Assembly: GCA_973895155.1 (NCBI GenBank)
Contig: OZ316897.1
Span: 14,941,375-15,005,374 of the forward strand
Direction: 5' to 3'
DNA: 64,000 bases
Source of the DNA: Marsupella aquatica
Taxonomy: Eukaryota; Plantae; Marchantiophyta
This document shows, piece after piece, positions 36,687 to 48,000 of this stretch. The notes under the pieces are model-generated. The model made no database searches. It was not told the DNA's origin and saw only the letters and a program-made list of their open reading frames with translations. The first letter of the stretch is position 1. The number at the start of each line of letters is the position of its first letter. Position numbers and translations under genes: made by a program.

Positions 36687-37441
36687 CACTACTACATATT
36701 GGCCCCTTTTGCGAAGCTTTTTTTTGACGCCGGGATGGTCTTGCGATGTCATCGACTTCAGATATTTTGTGATCAAACACGCATCACAATAAACCATGCT
36801 CACAGGTTTGCAACATGGTGTTGCAAAGCTAAATACCTCGCAATTTGTTCGAGATCGGATTGAATTCGCAACTCTTTCAGATACTATTCGTCTCGCAAAG
36901 TATTTGTGGATTCGCGACCATCGCGACTGCATTTGGATCTCTTTTGTTTCATAATTTAGCGATAATAATGTACTCAAATATATATTGTGAACCTATTAGC
37001 TTCGCACAATATTGTGAAGCATAAATAGTCGCAAGTTACCAAATCCAGTTGATTCGCAAAGTTGAGAACACATTGGCATCACAATTACCGATGGTGTGTT
37101 ATTCACAAAGTGTTCAGAAGTTGCTTCTTGACAAGCTTGAAAATGATTTGCAAAGAGAGTTGTTTGAAAGTTTTGTAGAATGGAAATGTTTGAGAGAGTT
37201 TCTTTACAAGATGGAGAATGCATGTGTTTAGGTTACAGCTAGGGTTTTCAAAAAGGTCGCATGCATGAGGATAGCTTTGGAAACGGCTAAGGTTGCATAT
37301 ATAATAGTGAGATGAAATTTCAAAGTCCAATTAAGTGTTTGTAAAACAAAAGAAGAAAAGTATTATGTTAATATAAATAAAACCATGATAGTTAGTTTAG
37401 GGTCAAATTATGGGCCCACAACAAGTTTTACTACTAGTGCA

Positions 37442-40400
37442 TCAAACCTGGTCCTCATCCTCGCCTCCATTTGACACAATAATAACGTCAGGTTTTTCCG
37501 AGATAATGGAACGGGACCGTGCCACATACGGTATAACAACTGACCACTCTAGGTCTAGTGGGTACGGAATATAGAAACACTGCTCAAGGTGACTTGGGAA
37601 TGTAAATGGTTCAGATGTTTGCCAATGAGATGGTTGAAAGCTAGTTGCTGATGTCTTCAGTCGAGTAAACCCACACTCATCAAGAAGTACCGTGCGATTA
37701 TCACCAACCAGGTGAATTTTGAACCACTTACACTTGAAGACATACTCTTCAAATTTGGAATCGGCATCATAGGATATGATCAAGATCTCCTCAATCTTCC
37801 CATAGTGAGGCACCACATCTCTGATCACATTAGTGTCATGACGGCTACTTTGTGAATCTTGCATGAACTGCCCTTGAACTCCACAATCAAAAGTTCTTCC
37901 CCTCTTCTCATCAAGGTCAGAAATCCTGAAATGCCTCCCTTGTGTCCACATTGCTGTTCTGGTTTGAACAAGTCTTAAAGGACCATGAACAATTGTTCGA
38001 ACCTCAGGAGTCATATCTGGAAAATGTGATACATTCTCACCTTGGGCCACCATAGCATCCAACTGAAGTACTTTCTCCTTCATATACTCAAGGAACTTTG
38101 GAAAGATCCTTGGGCGACGACTCTCCCTCTTTGCATCCTCATAAAACTCTCTCCAATCTTCCATCACATTGCTGTTACTCAACATGAAAGTACTAACCTG
38201 TGTCAACTCCACTGCGGTTAGTAAGCGTGTTTTTTTTGCACCTGTTAAACGGTCCTCCTCCACTTCCCTCTCTTCCATCCAAGTGCGTGGAAAACTAGGA
38301 TCAATGGTAGCTAAGATGTTACTACAATAAAACATACTCTCAGCTGCCAAGTATCCAGTTGCCATGCTCCCCTCCACTCGTGCACGGTTCCGTACATAAG
38401 CCTTTAACACGGCCATATACCTTTCCAGCCAATACATCCACCTACAATGCACCGGACCTGCAATGGCAACCTCCCTCACAAGATGAACGAGAAGATGCAC
38501 CTGACAATCCAAGAAGGAAGGAGGGAGGGCCTTCTCCAACTTGCATACCATCTCTGCTGCCAATACCTCCATCCGTGGTATCTCTTCTTCATATATTTCC
38601 TTTGAGCATATCCATCTCAACAAAGTGCCCAGTGACCAAAGGGCGTCTTGTTCTTCTTCACTCCCCAAACCTATGATTGCCACAGGAAGTATATGTTGTA
38701 GTAAACGATGATAGTCATGTGTCTTGAGATACATTGGCCATTTATGACTGTCCTCCATCCCAAAAGCCTTACGTAGATTGGCACCATAGCCTGTAGGAAA
38801 CCGCATCTGCCCTATGCGTTGTCGAAACTCTCTTCTTTCACCAACACTCAAAACCCATGGAGCTGAAGGACGATGTTCCATTCCTGTGGATTCATCAACT
38901 GTCATCCATACATCTGGATGTCGTTCTAGATCCTGGCATGCCTCCCTAAAATTAATGTTCTTTTCCCCATAAAAGTGCTTGATCAAAGCCTTCCCAACAT
39001 TTCCCTCTATATGCATGGGGTCTAACAAGTGATGAATCTTCAACTCAGGCCAATAGGGCAAAGTGGCCAGTATACCCCACCTTGTCAATCCACTACCATC
39101 AAATCCCATGGCATCTTCAGGGTCTGCCACCCTATCAGCTATGGATTTCCAATACGAAAATGTTGTGCGGTCAGGTATCTCACGCTCATCACCATTGATC
39201 ATGTCAAAGTCTGAAAACAAAAGGGGGTCAGACCTCATGTGATGCCCAAGTGGAAGAAACTTGGTATGACCAAGGTAGATTATCTTGTGCAGCCATTTTG
39301 AGTACTTGGCCATATCGTGAAGGCTTGGACCACAAGTGGAGCATGCCTTGTACCCTTGAGTTTGGAACCCAGAAACAAACCCAAACCCTGCTCACAAAAT
39401 AACATTCTCAATTAGAGTCAAAGGAATTGAAAAGTTCATGTACATAGAATTAAAGAGTGACTTCCTTCCAAACAAACTTGATCTCCAATACATGAAAAAA
39501 ATACAAATCCATACCACTCACCTGGATAGTCATGCATGGTCCACATAATGATTCCCTTCAATTGGAAGACACGTGGTAACCCTCCTGTAGTTGTCCGACC
39601 ATCATATGCCCATACACCCCCCATAATTTATGGAGTTCCCCAACCAAGAGCGCCAAGTAGGTGTCCATGTTTTTTACCTTAGATGGACCTGGGATAATCA
39701 ATGATAGCAATAAGAATCCCTTTTTCATGGACAACCATGGGGGAAGGTTGTAATTCATAACAACCACCGGCCAAACCGAAGTAGGGCGCCCTTTCCCTCC
39801 AAGGGAGTGTGGGCTTACCCCATCTGATGCCAACCCCAACCTCACATGATGAGGGTCACGTGCAAATTCTGGCCATTGTGACTCCACATGCTTGTGAGCA
39901 GGGGAATCAACTGGCAACCGCATGACACCGGCCTCTGATCGATGTGTCTTATGCCATACCATCAATTCTGCCAAGTCAGAACATCGGTACATGTGCAACA
40001 ATCGAGGAATAATAGGAAACCAACGAACAGCTTTTCTAGGCACCTTTGAGGTCAACATGTTGGTTTCATATCGAGGCTCTTGACAAATTGGACACTCAGT
40101 TGCGCTGGCATTGGTCTCATGATAGAGAATGCAGTCATTCACACAAGCATGAATGATATGGTATTCCATGCCAATGGATGATAGAACCCTCTTTGCCTCC
40201 TTCCAAGTTTCTGGCAACACATTTTCACTAGGTAACAAGAGATCATGGCAAATTGCAAACAAATCCGATAGTAGCGCATTGCTTGCCTTGTGTTTTGCCT
40301 GAAGATTCATCAATGCCAAGATGGCAGATAGTCTATTCAAACGAGCACCCCCATAAATAGGTGTTCTAGCATGTGCCTCAGCTTCTTCCCATTGTTTTTG

Positions 40401-40709
40401 TCCTTCAGGTGTACGTTGAGGCCTTGGATCATGTGCAACATTTGGTGGAGGGTCTCCTTCATTGGGTGGGACACCTCCTTCACCACCAATGTCTACACCA
40501 AACCAATCTGTCATGAAGTCATCCATGGCTGACTCTTGGTCTTGCATGACCTCATAATCTGTCCGAGGTGCCCCTTCATCTGGACTGTCATTATCATTGT
40601 CACTTGATGAGGAATCTGCTGATGATGTTTCCCCGTCTTGTGGCAAGCCCATTTCTTGATATGTAGCTCTCAACCTCCTTGGCAACATATCTTGACTAGG
40701 CCGCACATT
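37442..40709 (-). pseudogene. CACTA TnpD transposase of inner CACTA-B (intron 39388-39521; one frameshift ~39620)
   Basis: IHACVNDCILY, WFPIIPRL, VRLGLASDGVSP, YNLPPW, WTMHDYPG, LDPMHIEGN, KTHDYH, HCRWMYWLERYM, EPFTFPSH. Confidence 0.93.
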
Positions 40710-40859
40710 CTATAGACAATACAATAAAGTATTCACAATGAAATTAACGCCAAATATAGTAGTGCTCGAAACATATTATTAACAATATAAAAAGAACATG
40801 TCATTACAAAACATACGTTCACATACGATGAACGTATAATACATGTCCTTAAAGTAATC

Positions 40860-42020
40860 CTAATCCCATTCATAATGTGTAAACAACTCCTCTCCAGCCA
40901 GAATGGTCCTATTAGCTACAACTAGACAATGGTCATGATGATATCTCTGCCCATAAGGGGCTGGAGGGGGACCATCAACAAAAACCCATTCACAGTTTTT
41001 CCTACGCTTAGGCCGGGTCCCCACAGTACTGTTGATGAAACCGGCAATATTCCCACTACGGATGGGATCACCATCAATTATACGCTGGTCACAATACTTT
41101 CTGGTGCAACCATCAAAAGTATCCATGTCCAATGCATAAGTCTTCCACTCAAGGTGTTGAACAAGGATCATGTTCCAATGTCTCCTCTTGTAAATGGGTC
41201 CACCATACGGGAACAACGTTGGTCCATCTGAAGAGCGCCCTTTTCCACCCATATCATCCACAATAATGTCCTGACAAGAGAAAATCCCATACCCATGCCT
41301 CTCCCCTAGGGTCGAACTCTTGACAACCCAACGTCTTCCCCAAACTTCTATCTCCTCACCATAGGTTATATCACATGGCAAACCAAGGCACTCCGGATTC
41401 CAATCCTTTATGATAGGAACACACTTCCCTGTGAAGGTACAAGGGCCCCATCTACCATCAACCCTACAAGTGTACTGATCCACTTCCCCTCTAGGCTGTC
41501 TTTTTGACTTTTTTTCCCTCTTGTAACAATACCGTCACCCTTAATTGTCCCAACACTACCTTGCCCTGCTGCCACTAAACGAAAAGCTTGTGAAAGTGCC
41601 GAGCCTATAGCATCTAGAACTCCTTGTGAGGGAACATAGGGTGTTGGTGTAGTGGGTGTAGGCCTACTAGATACCTATAGGAAGAAATGGAACCAAGTGA
41701 GTGTGATGAACCTCCCAAATTTTATTTTATGCTACCTAGCAAGATTTACAAAATAAAATGGAAATCACAGTAAGTTTACAACTCACCATACGGGATGAAG
41801 AAGCTCCTGGTGTAAGACCTCGATGTTGGCCATATCGAGCAATGTGCTCCGCACATACATATGACTTTTGGACAACCATCCCCACACATTTTTTACAACC
41901 ACAAAGTTGGCGTGGTGGACCACTAGGTCGACGTACGGTTGGTTCAGGTTGAGGAGGAGGATGACTTTCTTCATCGGAAGAGGAATCTGATGTGGTGGAA
42001 GTTGTAGAGGATGAAGACAT
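40860..42020 (-). CDS. SET-domain protein gene of inner CACTA-B (exon 1 42020-41787, exon 2 41674-40860; apparent 1-bp loss in an A7 run near 41510)
   Basis: SET motifs VKSS.....GYGIF, FPYGG, YAL, IIDG....GNIAGFINS, NCEW, VVANRTILAGEELFTHY; no post-SET Cys. Confidence 0.85.
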
Positions 42021-42449
42021 CTGACAAGTATAGCAATTGGAAGGCGATTAGTAAAAACTTCACCAAAACCATCATTGATAATCCCTACCTAAACATATTA
42101 AAAAGTATTGACAAAAAAATACCTTTATGAGACCCGGGCTTAGCAATGCCTTGACGGATCTTGTGGCTCAAATTTCATGAACCAAATCTGGAAGGAGGGG
42201 AAAATCTGCCAATATACAATGAATTAAGCCATGCCTTATGGTGAACCAGAAAAAAAGGATGATAGATTGTAACCCTCCATATTTACAGCAATGACTAGAA
42301 ATGCATGAGAAAATGTTATACCTTTCAGATGCCCGGGCTCTCGCAAGGCATTATCATGCATTAGCCAAAACTTTAAAAAACATGGGGAAGTGCCCTACAA
42401 CGCCAAAGAGTTTTCCTCTCCATGTTAATGAGATAGACAAAGAAATATA

Positions 42450-43260
42450 AGTAACCCAAACCCTACCCTAAACCCAAACCATGAAATGAAACCCTTCATT
42501 AAAACCTAACCCAAATCCCTCAAGCACCCTAAACCCTTACCCTTATCCTAACCAATACCCAAATCCCTCATTAAAAATTCAAACCTTTACCCTAAACCCA
42601 AACCATGAAATGAAACCCTTCATTAAAACCTAACCCAAATCCCTCAAGCACCCTAAACCCTTACCCTTATCCTAACCAATACCCAAATCCCTCATTAAAA
42701 TTTCAAACCTTTACCCTAAACCCAACCCAAATCCCCCAATTACATATAAAACTCTTACCCTATCTACACCTTACTTTACCTATATAGGCCAACCCCCACC
42801 CCTATAGTTATTCTAAACTTCACCCTAACCCCTAAATTGAGGCCCTTTTTTAAAACTTAAGCAAAAATTGTACCCCCTCAATTAGAACCAAATCCAACCC
42901 TATATCATGTTACACCCCAACCCAAACACTTACATTAAAAACCCAACCCCTTTAAAAAAACCACAATTAAACCCCCCAACTAAAAACCAAACCCAATCCC
43001 TTTAAAAAACAACCACAATTCAACCCCTCAACTAAAACCAAACCCAACCCCTGTAATTACTCACAACCTAATGCAAACCTCTACCTTGAACCCTAAGCCA
43101 AACCCATTAATTTAAACCCAACCCTTTTATTCCAACCTAACCCAAGTTTTAACCCCCTTAATTAAACCAAATACTCCTAGATTAAAACCAAATATAAACC
43201 TAACCTTTAATTAAACCCAAACCTTTGTTAACTTATATTCTAGTTATCCTTACAACCCAA
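42450..43260 (+). repeat. Degenerate telomere-like (AAACCCT/AAACCCA) AT/C-rich spacer containing a ~125-bp tandem duplication (~42466-42725); counterpart at ~34960-35310 in the outer copy
   Basis: Many CCCTAAA/CCCAAA words; the duplicated unit ATGAAATGAAACCCTTCATT starts at 42481 and 42606. Confidence 0.7.
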
Positions 43261-44204
43261 ACATCCATTGACACCCCTTCCATGTTAACTTATGGGCACT
43301 TAACATACCTTAAATGTCATTTGACAAACCTTAATAGCCGTTTGACACCCCAAAGTGTTTTCCAACCCTAAACCGATAAGACCTGCCTCGCAAATTATTT
43401 CACAAGTTAGAGAATCTTTTTGCGAACCTACGACCTTCGCACTTGCTTCGCAAAAATAGAGGCCGAGAACGATTTTTTGGGTCTTCTGCGGGTTGCGATG
43501 GCTTTGCGAAGGGAATAGATTTGGAAGTGCCTTGCAAGTTGCGAGACTATTTGCGAGGGCGCGGGCTTCGCAGTTTCCCATGCGTATGTCATCGCAAACC
43601 CGTTTTTGAACGGCGTAAACATCGGCGGGAGCTCGCATTCGGGCTCATTTCAGTTTTTGAGCGAGACGAGAAGGGCCGGGGCGCGCGCAACAGTACGAGG
43701 GAGACTGTGAGAGAGGGGAGCTATGGCTACCGGTGAGGGGAGTGGAGGGCAAGGTGGTAGTGGTAGTGGTAGTGGCAGTGGGGGAAATCCAGAGAAAGAG
43801 AAGAATGCCTGGGCAGACTTAGTGGCCCAACATCTCAGTGCTGCACAATTGGGAGAAGTGAATCTCAATTCTCCAGCAGGGCTTGCCTCTTTGAGTGCCA
43901 TTCTTGGACAGGTTTTGCAAACTGGGATTGTAGCAGGACAAGCTACTAGAGAGGGGGAGGAGAGGGCAGCAGCTGAAGAGAAGGCTAGAGAGAAAAAAAG
44001 GAAGAGAGAGGAAAGAACTAAGTCGGGAGTTGCCTCTCCTCAAGCCCTAGAGAAGCAGAAGAGAAGAGAGGAGAGAGATTCAATTCGAAAACAGAGGGAG
44101 GAGCAACGTCAGAAAGAGGAAGCAAGAAAAAAACTTCCATTCATTGCCTTGGAGACGAGTGGGACTCCAACTGAGCTAGCGTATGCAGGGGCTAAGAGCA
44201 CAAT

Positions 44205-44499
44205 CTCGGGGGTTTCACTTCCACAAAAATGGCATATCACGTGCGACGAAGGATAGGGTCATTTTATTGGTTCTAAGGGAAGACTTAAGAATTTTTGTAG
44301 AAGAACAATAGGGTCTTTTAAATTCAATTTTGAGACTTATAAGAACATTAGGGCCTTTTTAATCCAATTTTTAGAATATTCCAAGAATATTCCAACTTTA
44401 TAGGGGTTAAAAAATAATTTTTTTCTTACATTTTAGGGGGTCCGAGCCCTAAAAACGTCGCAGGCGATGGGGAGGTCCCCATATAGTGAGACCCCCGAG
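44205..44499. mobile_element. ~295-bp MITE
   Basis: TIR CTCGGGGGT(T/C)TCACT; TSD AGCACAAT (8 bp, or GAGCACAATC 10 bp because of terminal ambiguity); AT-rich interior; absent from the homologous gene in the outer copy. Confidence 0.92.
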
Positions 44500-44964
44500 A
44501 GCACAATCAAGCAGATTATCACAAGCAATTTCTCACGAGGCATGCAGTGGGGGAAGATTGAGAAGGCAGAGCGAAAGAGGGTCATCAACCAAATCAAGGA
44601 TGCATTTCGCAATGGGCCTGACATAGATGAGCAATGGTTGGCAGATAAGATTTCAAATTCTATGTCTCAAATGCAATACCATGACAGGATGAAGATTAGA
44701 GCCCACCTGAAAGACTTGAGATCATACAGGAACTTGCGCAGACCCCTCCACTTCACCGAGGACATCTGGAATTCGTTTTACAAGATTGAGGTGCAAATTA
44801 AGGCAGCTCACGAGTTGGAAGAGTGGAAGGGCAATCTAGATCGAGCCTTGAAAGCAAAGGAGGCCGGGAAGCTCCCCCCTGACCACGACCTGAAGCCACT
44901 TGAGCAGAAGGTAGCTGAGATGCAGAAGGTGGCCGACCAGGAGGGAAAGCCGCCCAAGCGTTTC

Positions 44965-47900
44965 TGTGGTGCGTCCCATGGCTCCCTAAACCCAAGAAAC
45001 CCCCCAGCTCAAGCCGATTCCCGCAGGTTTCGTGCTTGGCGAGGCCGTTTCCGCGGCTTAGCGGCATGGGACGCTGCTAACCTTCTACTACTACTGTTAA
45101 CATTTTACACACATATACTGGACAGATCCTTCATCGGGTCATGAGATACGTAGCCGGCCTAATATAGGCCTTCCCCTGTCTTCCCCTGTCTTCCCCTCCG
45201 TCTTGTTAGGTATGTTTGGATTCCGCCGCCGGAATGATCCCCAATAGGCTTGGTTAAGCCGCTAAGACCTCTCTCAGCTCGACACATCCAACTCTCACTC
45301 CCCTGCTTACTTTCCTTCCTTCTGTTGATGTGGGCACTCTTCACACAAGTTAATGCGACACACAAATAGCAAAATGACTCATTCTGACTGAGTCATACCA
45401 TGCACTTGCCATACAAACAGTACATCTCATACACAAGTTTTGCGAACTAAGCCGTGAGGCCAACTCTATTCAGCTCTTAGGCATGAGGAAACATGAATAT
45501 ACACAAGGGTCACTGTATGACTAACCGAGAGCTTCTCGTACTACTTGATCCCAGCCCGGCTGGTGCAAACTAAAAACTTGCTAAAGAAGAGGCCCTGAGC
45601 TCCCCGCTGCCCAGGTACTTATCCTGGTAGTGGATCCGCCATTCTTTGCATCGTAAGCCTAATCTACTTGCCCGAATCTACCTATGTACAGCAAGGCAGG
45701 AGCACAAGTGTTGCTCCTACCAGTGGGACCGCAATCCCACTAAGCTAAGTGTCAGGGCCGCTCTTGGTTCTGATCCTAATCCTAAACGTGGAGATCCGTG
45801 CCCGCCCTGCCCACTCATGCCTCCTCCCTCCACGTCCGCCCTCCCTAAAAGGAACGGTGCCCTTGCACCGTCACGACACCGGTGGTGGATCCTTAATGGA
45901 CGCCCCCAACGCTTCCTCCTCAGCCACTGCCGTAGGTTCATTCTCTGACAGATTACCTGCCCTTGACTGAGTCAACTCTCCATCGGCCTGACTGGGTCCA
46001 CCTTCGGCTTCAGCCTCGACACCGGCCTCGGCAATACCCACGGCTTCGGCCTCGGCAATACCCACGGCTTCGGCCTCAGCCACTCCCACGGCTTCGGCTT
46101 CAGCCACTCCCTCGGCTTCGGCCTCCCCTTCCCCTAGGGTAGTTGGATCCTTAGCCGTGACCCTGTCTGGGGTCGGTGCTGGGTCTACCTCCTTGATCAC
46201 CACGGCCTGTGAAGTCGTATTACTCCTTGACCCTGAAGGTTTCCGCTTCTTCTTCGTTGGTGGCTCGGCAGCTGGTCCCTTCCCCTTCCCACTTACTTCC
46301 GGCACTGGTGCAGTTGGCGCGGCTTGTCCTTCGGCAATTACCACCCCTGGTAACTGGTTTGTCCCAACGGGAGATGGACCTGCTGCAGCTAAGCATTTAA
46401 ATACTGCGGCTTGTTTCTTCAGCCGCTCTGTTTGGTTGTCGGCCCGCCGCTGTAGGTTCTCCATCTTCCTCGTGATTTCCTCCAACTCCTCTTGGGTTTC
46501 ATCCAGGTCCTTACGTGCCCCCTCCAGCTCGTTTTTGGCCTCCTCCTGCTCCCTGTGGGCTTCCTCCAATTCCTTCTTCAATTGGTTGAGGAGGTACCCG
46601 TTGTAGTCCCGGTTTGGGTCTGGCCTTTCTGCCAGATAGACCTGTGCCTTGCCGATCTCTGCCCTCGGCAAGTTACAATGCATGGTCACCCGCAAGAAGT
46701 CGATCATCTCTCCTATGTGCGGGTTGGTGCAGGTGTTCCGGAAGAAGCCATTCTTCGTTGATGGCCCGGGGAACGACCGGAACTCCTTGTCAGGCAGGGT
46801 CTTCCTGGTATCAACTTTGGTCTTATTGCCTATCGGCAAGCCAAACACTTCGGCAATTACCTTGGGAGTAAGATAGAAATCCTTCCCATATATCCTCGTG
46901 CAATTGGTCTCGGGTTCCCATGACCCCACGAATTCTAATAGGTCTGACTCCGGTACCTCCAGCTTCAGCCATGGTAATCTTACAAAGGCCTCCAAGCCGG
47001 ATCCGGCCATGAAGCCTTGGTACTTCTTGGTCTGCATGGCCGTAAAGCATGCATCCTCCTCCCGTGCAAAATGTAGTTGCACCTCCACCGGTAGGGTTGC
47101 CGCCCAGCCCTTCCAGGTGTCATCCCTGGTTGGAATGGCCTTGATGGGATCGACCTCCTCCTCTTCGGCTTCTCCCTGCCTCCTGCTCTGCTGCTCGGCT
47201 GGCCTCTTTGGTGCCGCCGACCTCGTTCTTTTTGCCGGGGTGGCTTCATCGTTGACGGCCCCTTTCCTCTTCATCTCTGCTGCCGTGGAGGTTTCTCCTA
47301 GCACCGTTGCCTGGGTCCACCTTTCCGTGCTACCCTTTAATTCCCAGTGTATGTCGTTGCAGTTCTTGATGGCTTCTCGGATGCCGACGACGCTGTCTTT
47401 GCAAAACAGAAGATCGTCGAGTTGATTGGAAGTAGGCGTCCACAGGAACTCGTCCTTGATGAGTTCGCCTCCTAAGAAAGCCGTCTTCTGCAGCTCCCAC
47501 AATCGAGCGAGCTCCTGCCGTTCTCGAGCTGCCCTTTCTGACTCCTCGTCCTCGTAAGTCTTGATATACTCAGTTGCCCGTTCGAACAGGCATCCCCAGA
47601 AATGTGCCGCTTGATTGACGTTGCTCATACCCTCCTTAGGTCGATCGTCGGTATCTACTCTCTCCCCGAGTGCTTGCCTAAGCAGCTGACAGTAGTTGGC
47701 CTCCCGTAGTCGTCTGCCTAGTTCGTGCTCGCAAATGAGCCACCATCTCCTGCAAGCGCTCCTTACCCCTCTCCTCTACCGGTCCTTCTTCCCGTTGATC
47801 CTTCCTAGCCGCCGACGCTTAACGCGCCCTAACCCTAATCGGGTTTTCACCCTCAGCCTTACCTCCGGCCTCTGCCCGGGTTCCATGGTTGCCCCTAATT

Positions 47901-48000
47901 GTTTATATTTTCCTTGTTTTGTCCCTATACTAAGGTGTTCCTAGGGTGCCTTCCTGCTTTACCCACTTAACCGGCCGATGATTCCTGTCTAGGCATCACA
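44965..48000 (-). repeat. 3' LTR (3036 bp)
   Basis: Near-identical to 54225-57237: about a dozen substitutions seen by eye, one 24-bp repeat-unit indel and one 1-bp indel. Confidence 0.95.
45871..47628 (-). CDS. Copy of the LTR-encoded ORF in the 3' LTR (585 aa; upstream extension broken by CAG>TAG)
   Basis: Nearly identical to 55131-57122, with one extra 8-aa repeat unit. Confidence 0.8.
   Translation of the reverse strand: MSNVNQAAHFWGCLFERATEYIKTYEDEESERAARERQELARLWELQKTAFLGGELIKDEFLWTPTSNQLDDLLFCKDSVVGIREAIKNCNDIHWELKGSTERWTQATVLGETSTAAEMKRKGAVNDEATPAKRTRSAAPKRPAEQQSRRQGEAEEEEVDPIKAIPTRDDTWKGWAATLPVEVQLHFAREEDACFTAMQTKKYQGFMAGSGLEAFVRLPWLKLEVPESDLLEFVGSWEPETNCTRIYGKDFYLTPKVIAEVFGLPIGNKTKVDTRKTLPDKEFRSFPGPSTKNGFFRNTCTNPHIGEMIDFLRVTMHCNLPRAEIGKAQVYLAERPDPNRDYNGYLLNQLKKELEEAHREQEEAKNELEGARKDLDETQEELEEITRKMENLQRRADNQTERLKKQAAVFKCLAAAGPSPVGTNQLPGVVIAEGQAAPTAPVPEVSGKGKGPAAEPPTKKKRKPSGSRSNTTSQAVVIKEVDPAPTPDRVTAKDPTTLGEGEAEAEGVAEAEAVGVAEAEAVGIAEAEAVGIAEAGVEAEAEGGPSQADGELTQSRAGNLSENEPTAVAEEEALGASIKDPPPVS

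Noticed and set aside
36687-37439. Small CACTA MITE ending at CTACTAGTG (37431-37439)
   Set aside because: The TIR match is poor and there is no TSD. The true partner TIR with GGA TSD is at 59134.
45646-47944. Plus-strand ORFs within the LTRs (e.g. 46157-46606, 46898-47425, 55885-56661)
   Set aside because: Antisense shadows of the long GC-rich minus-strand ORF with no motifs.
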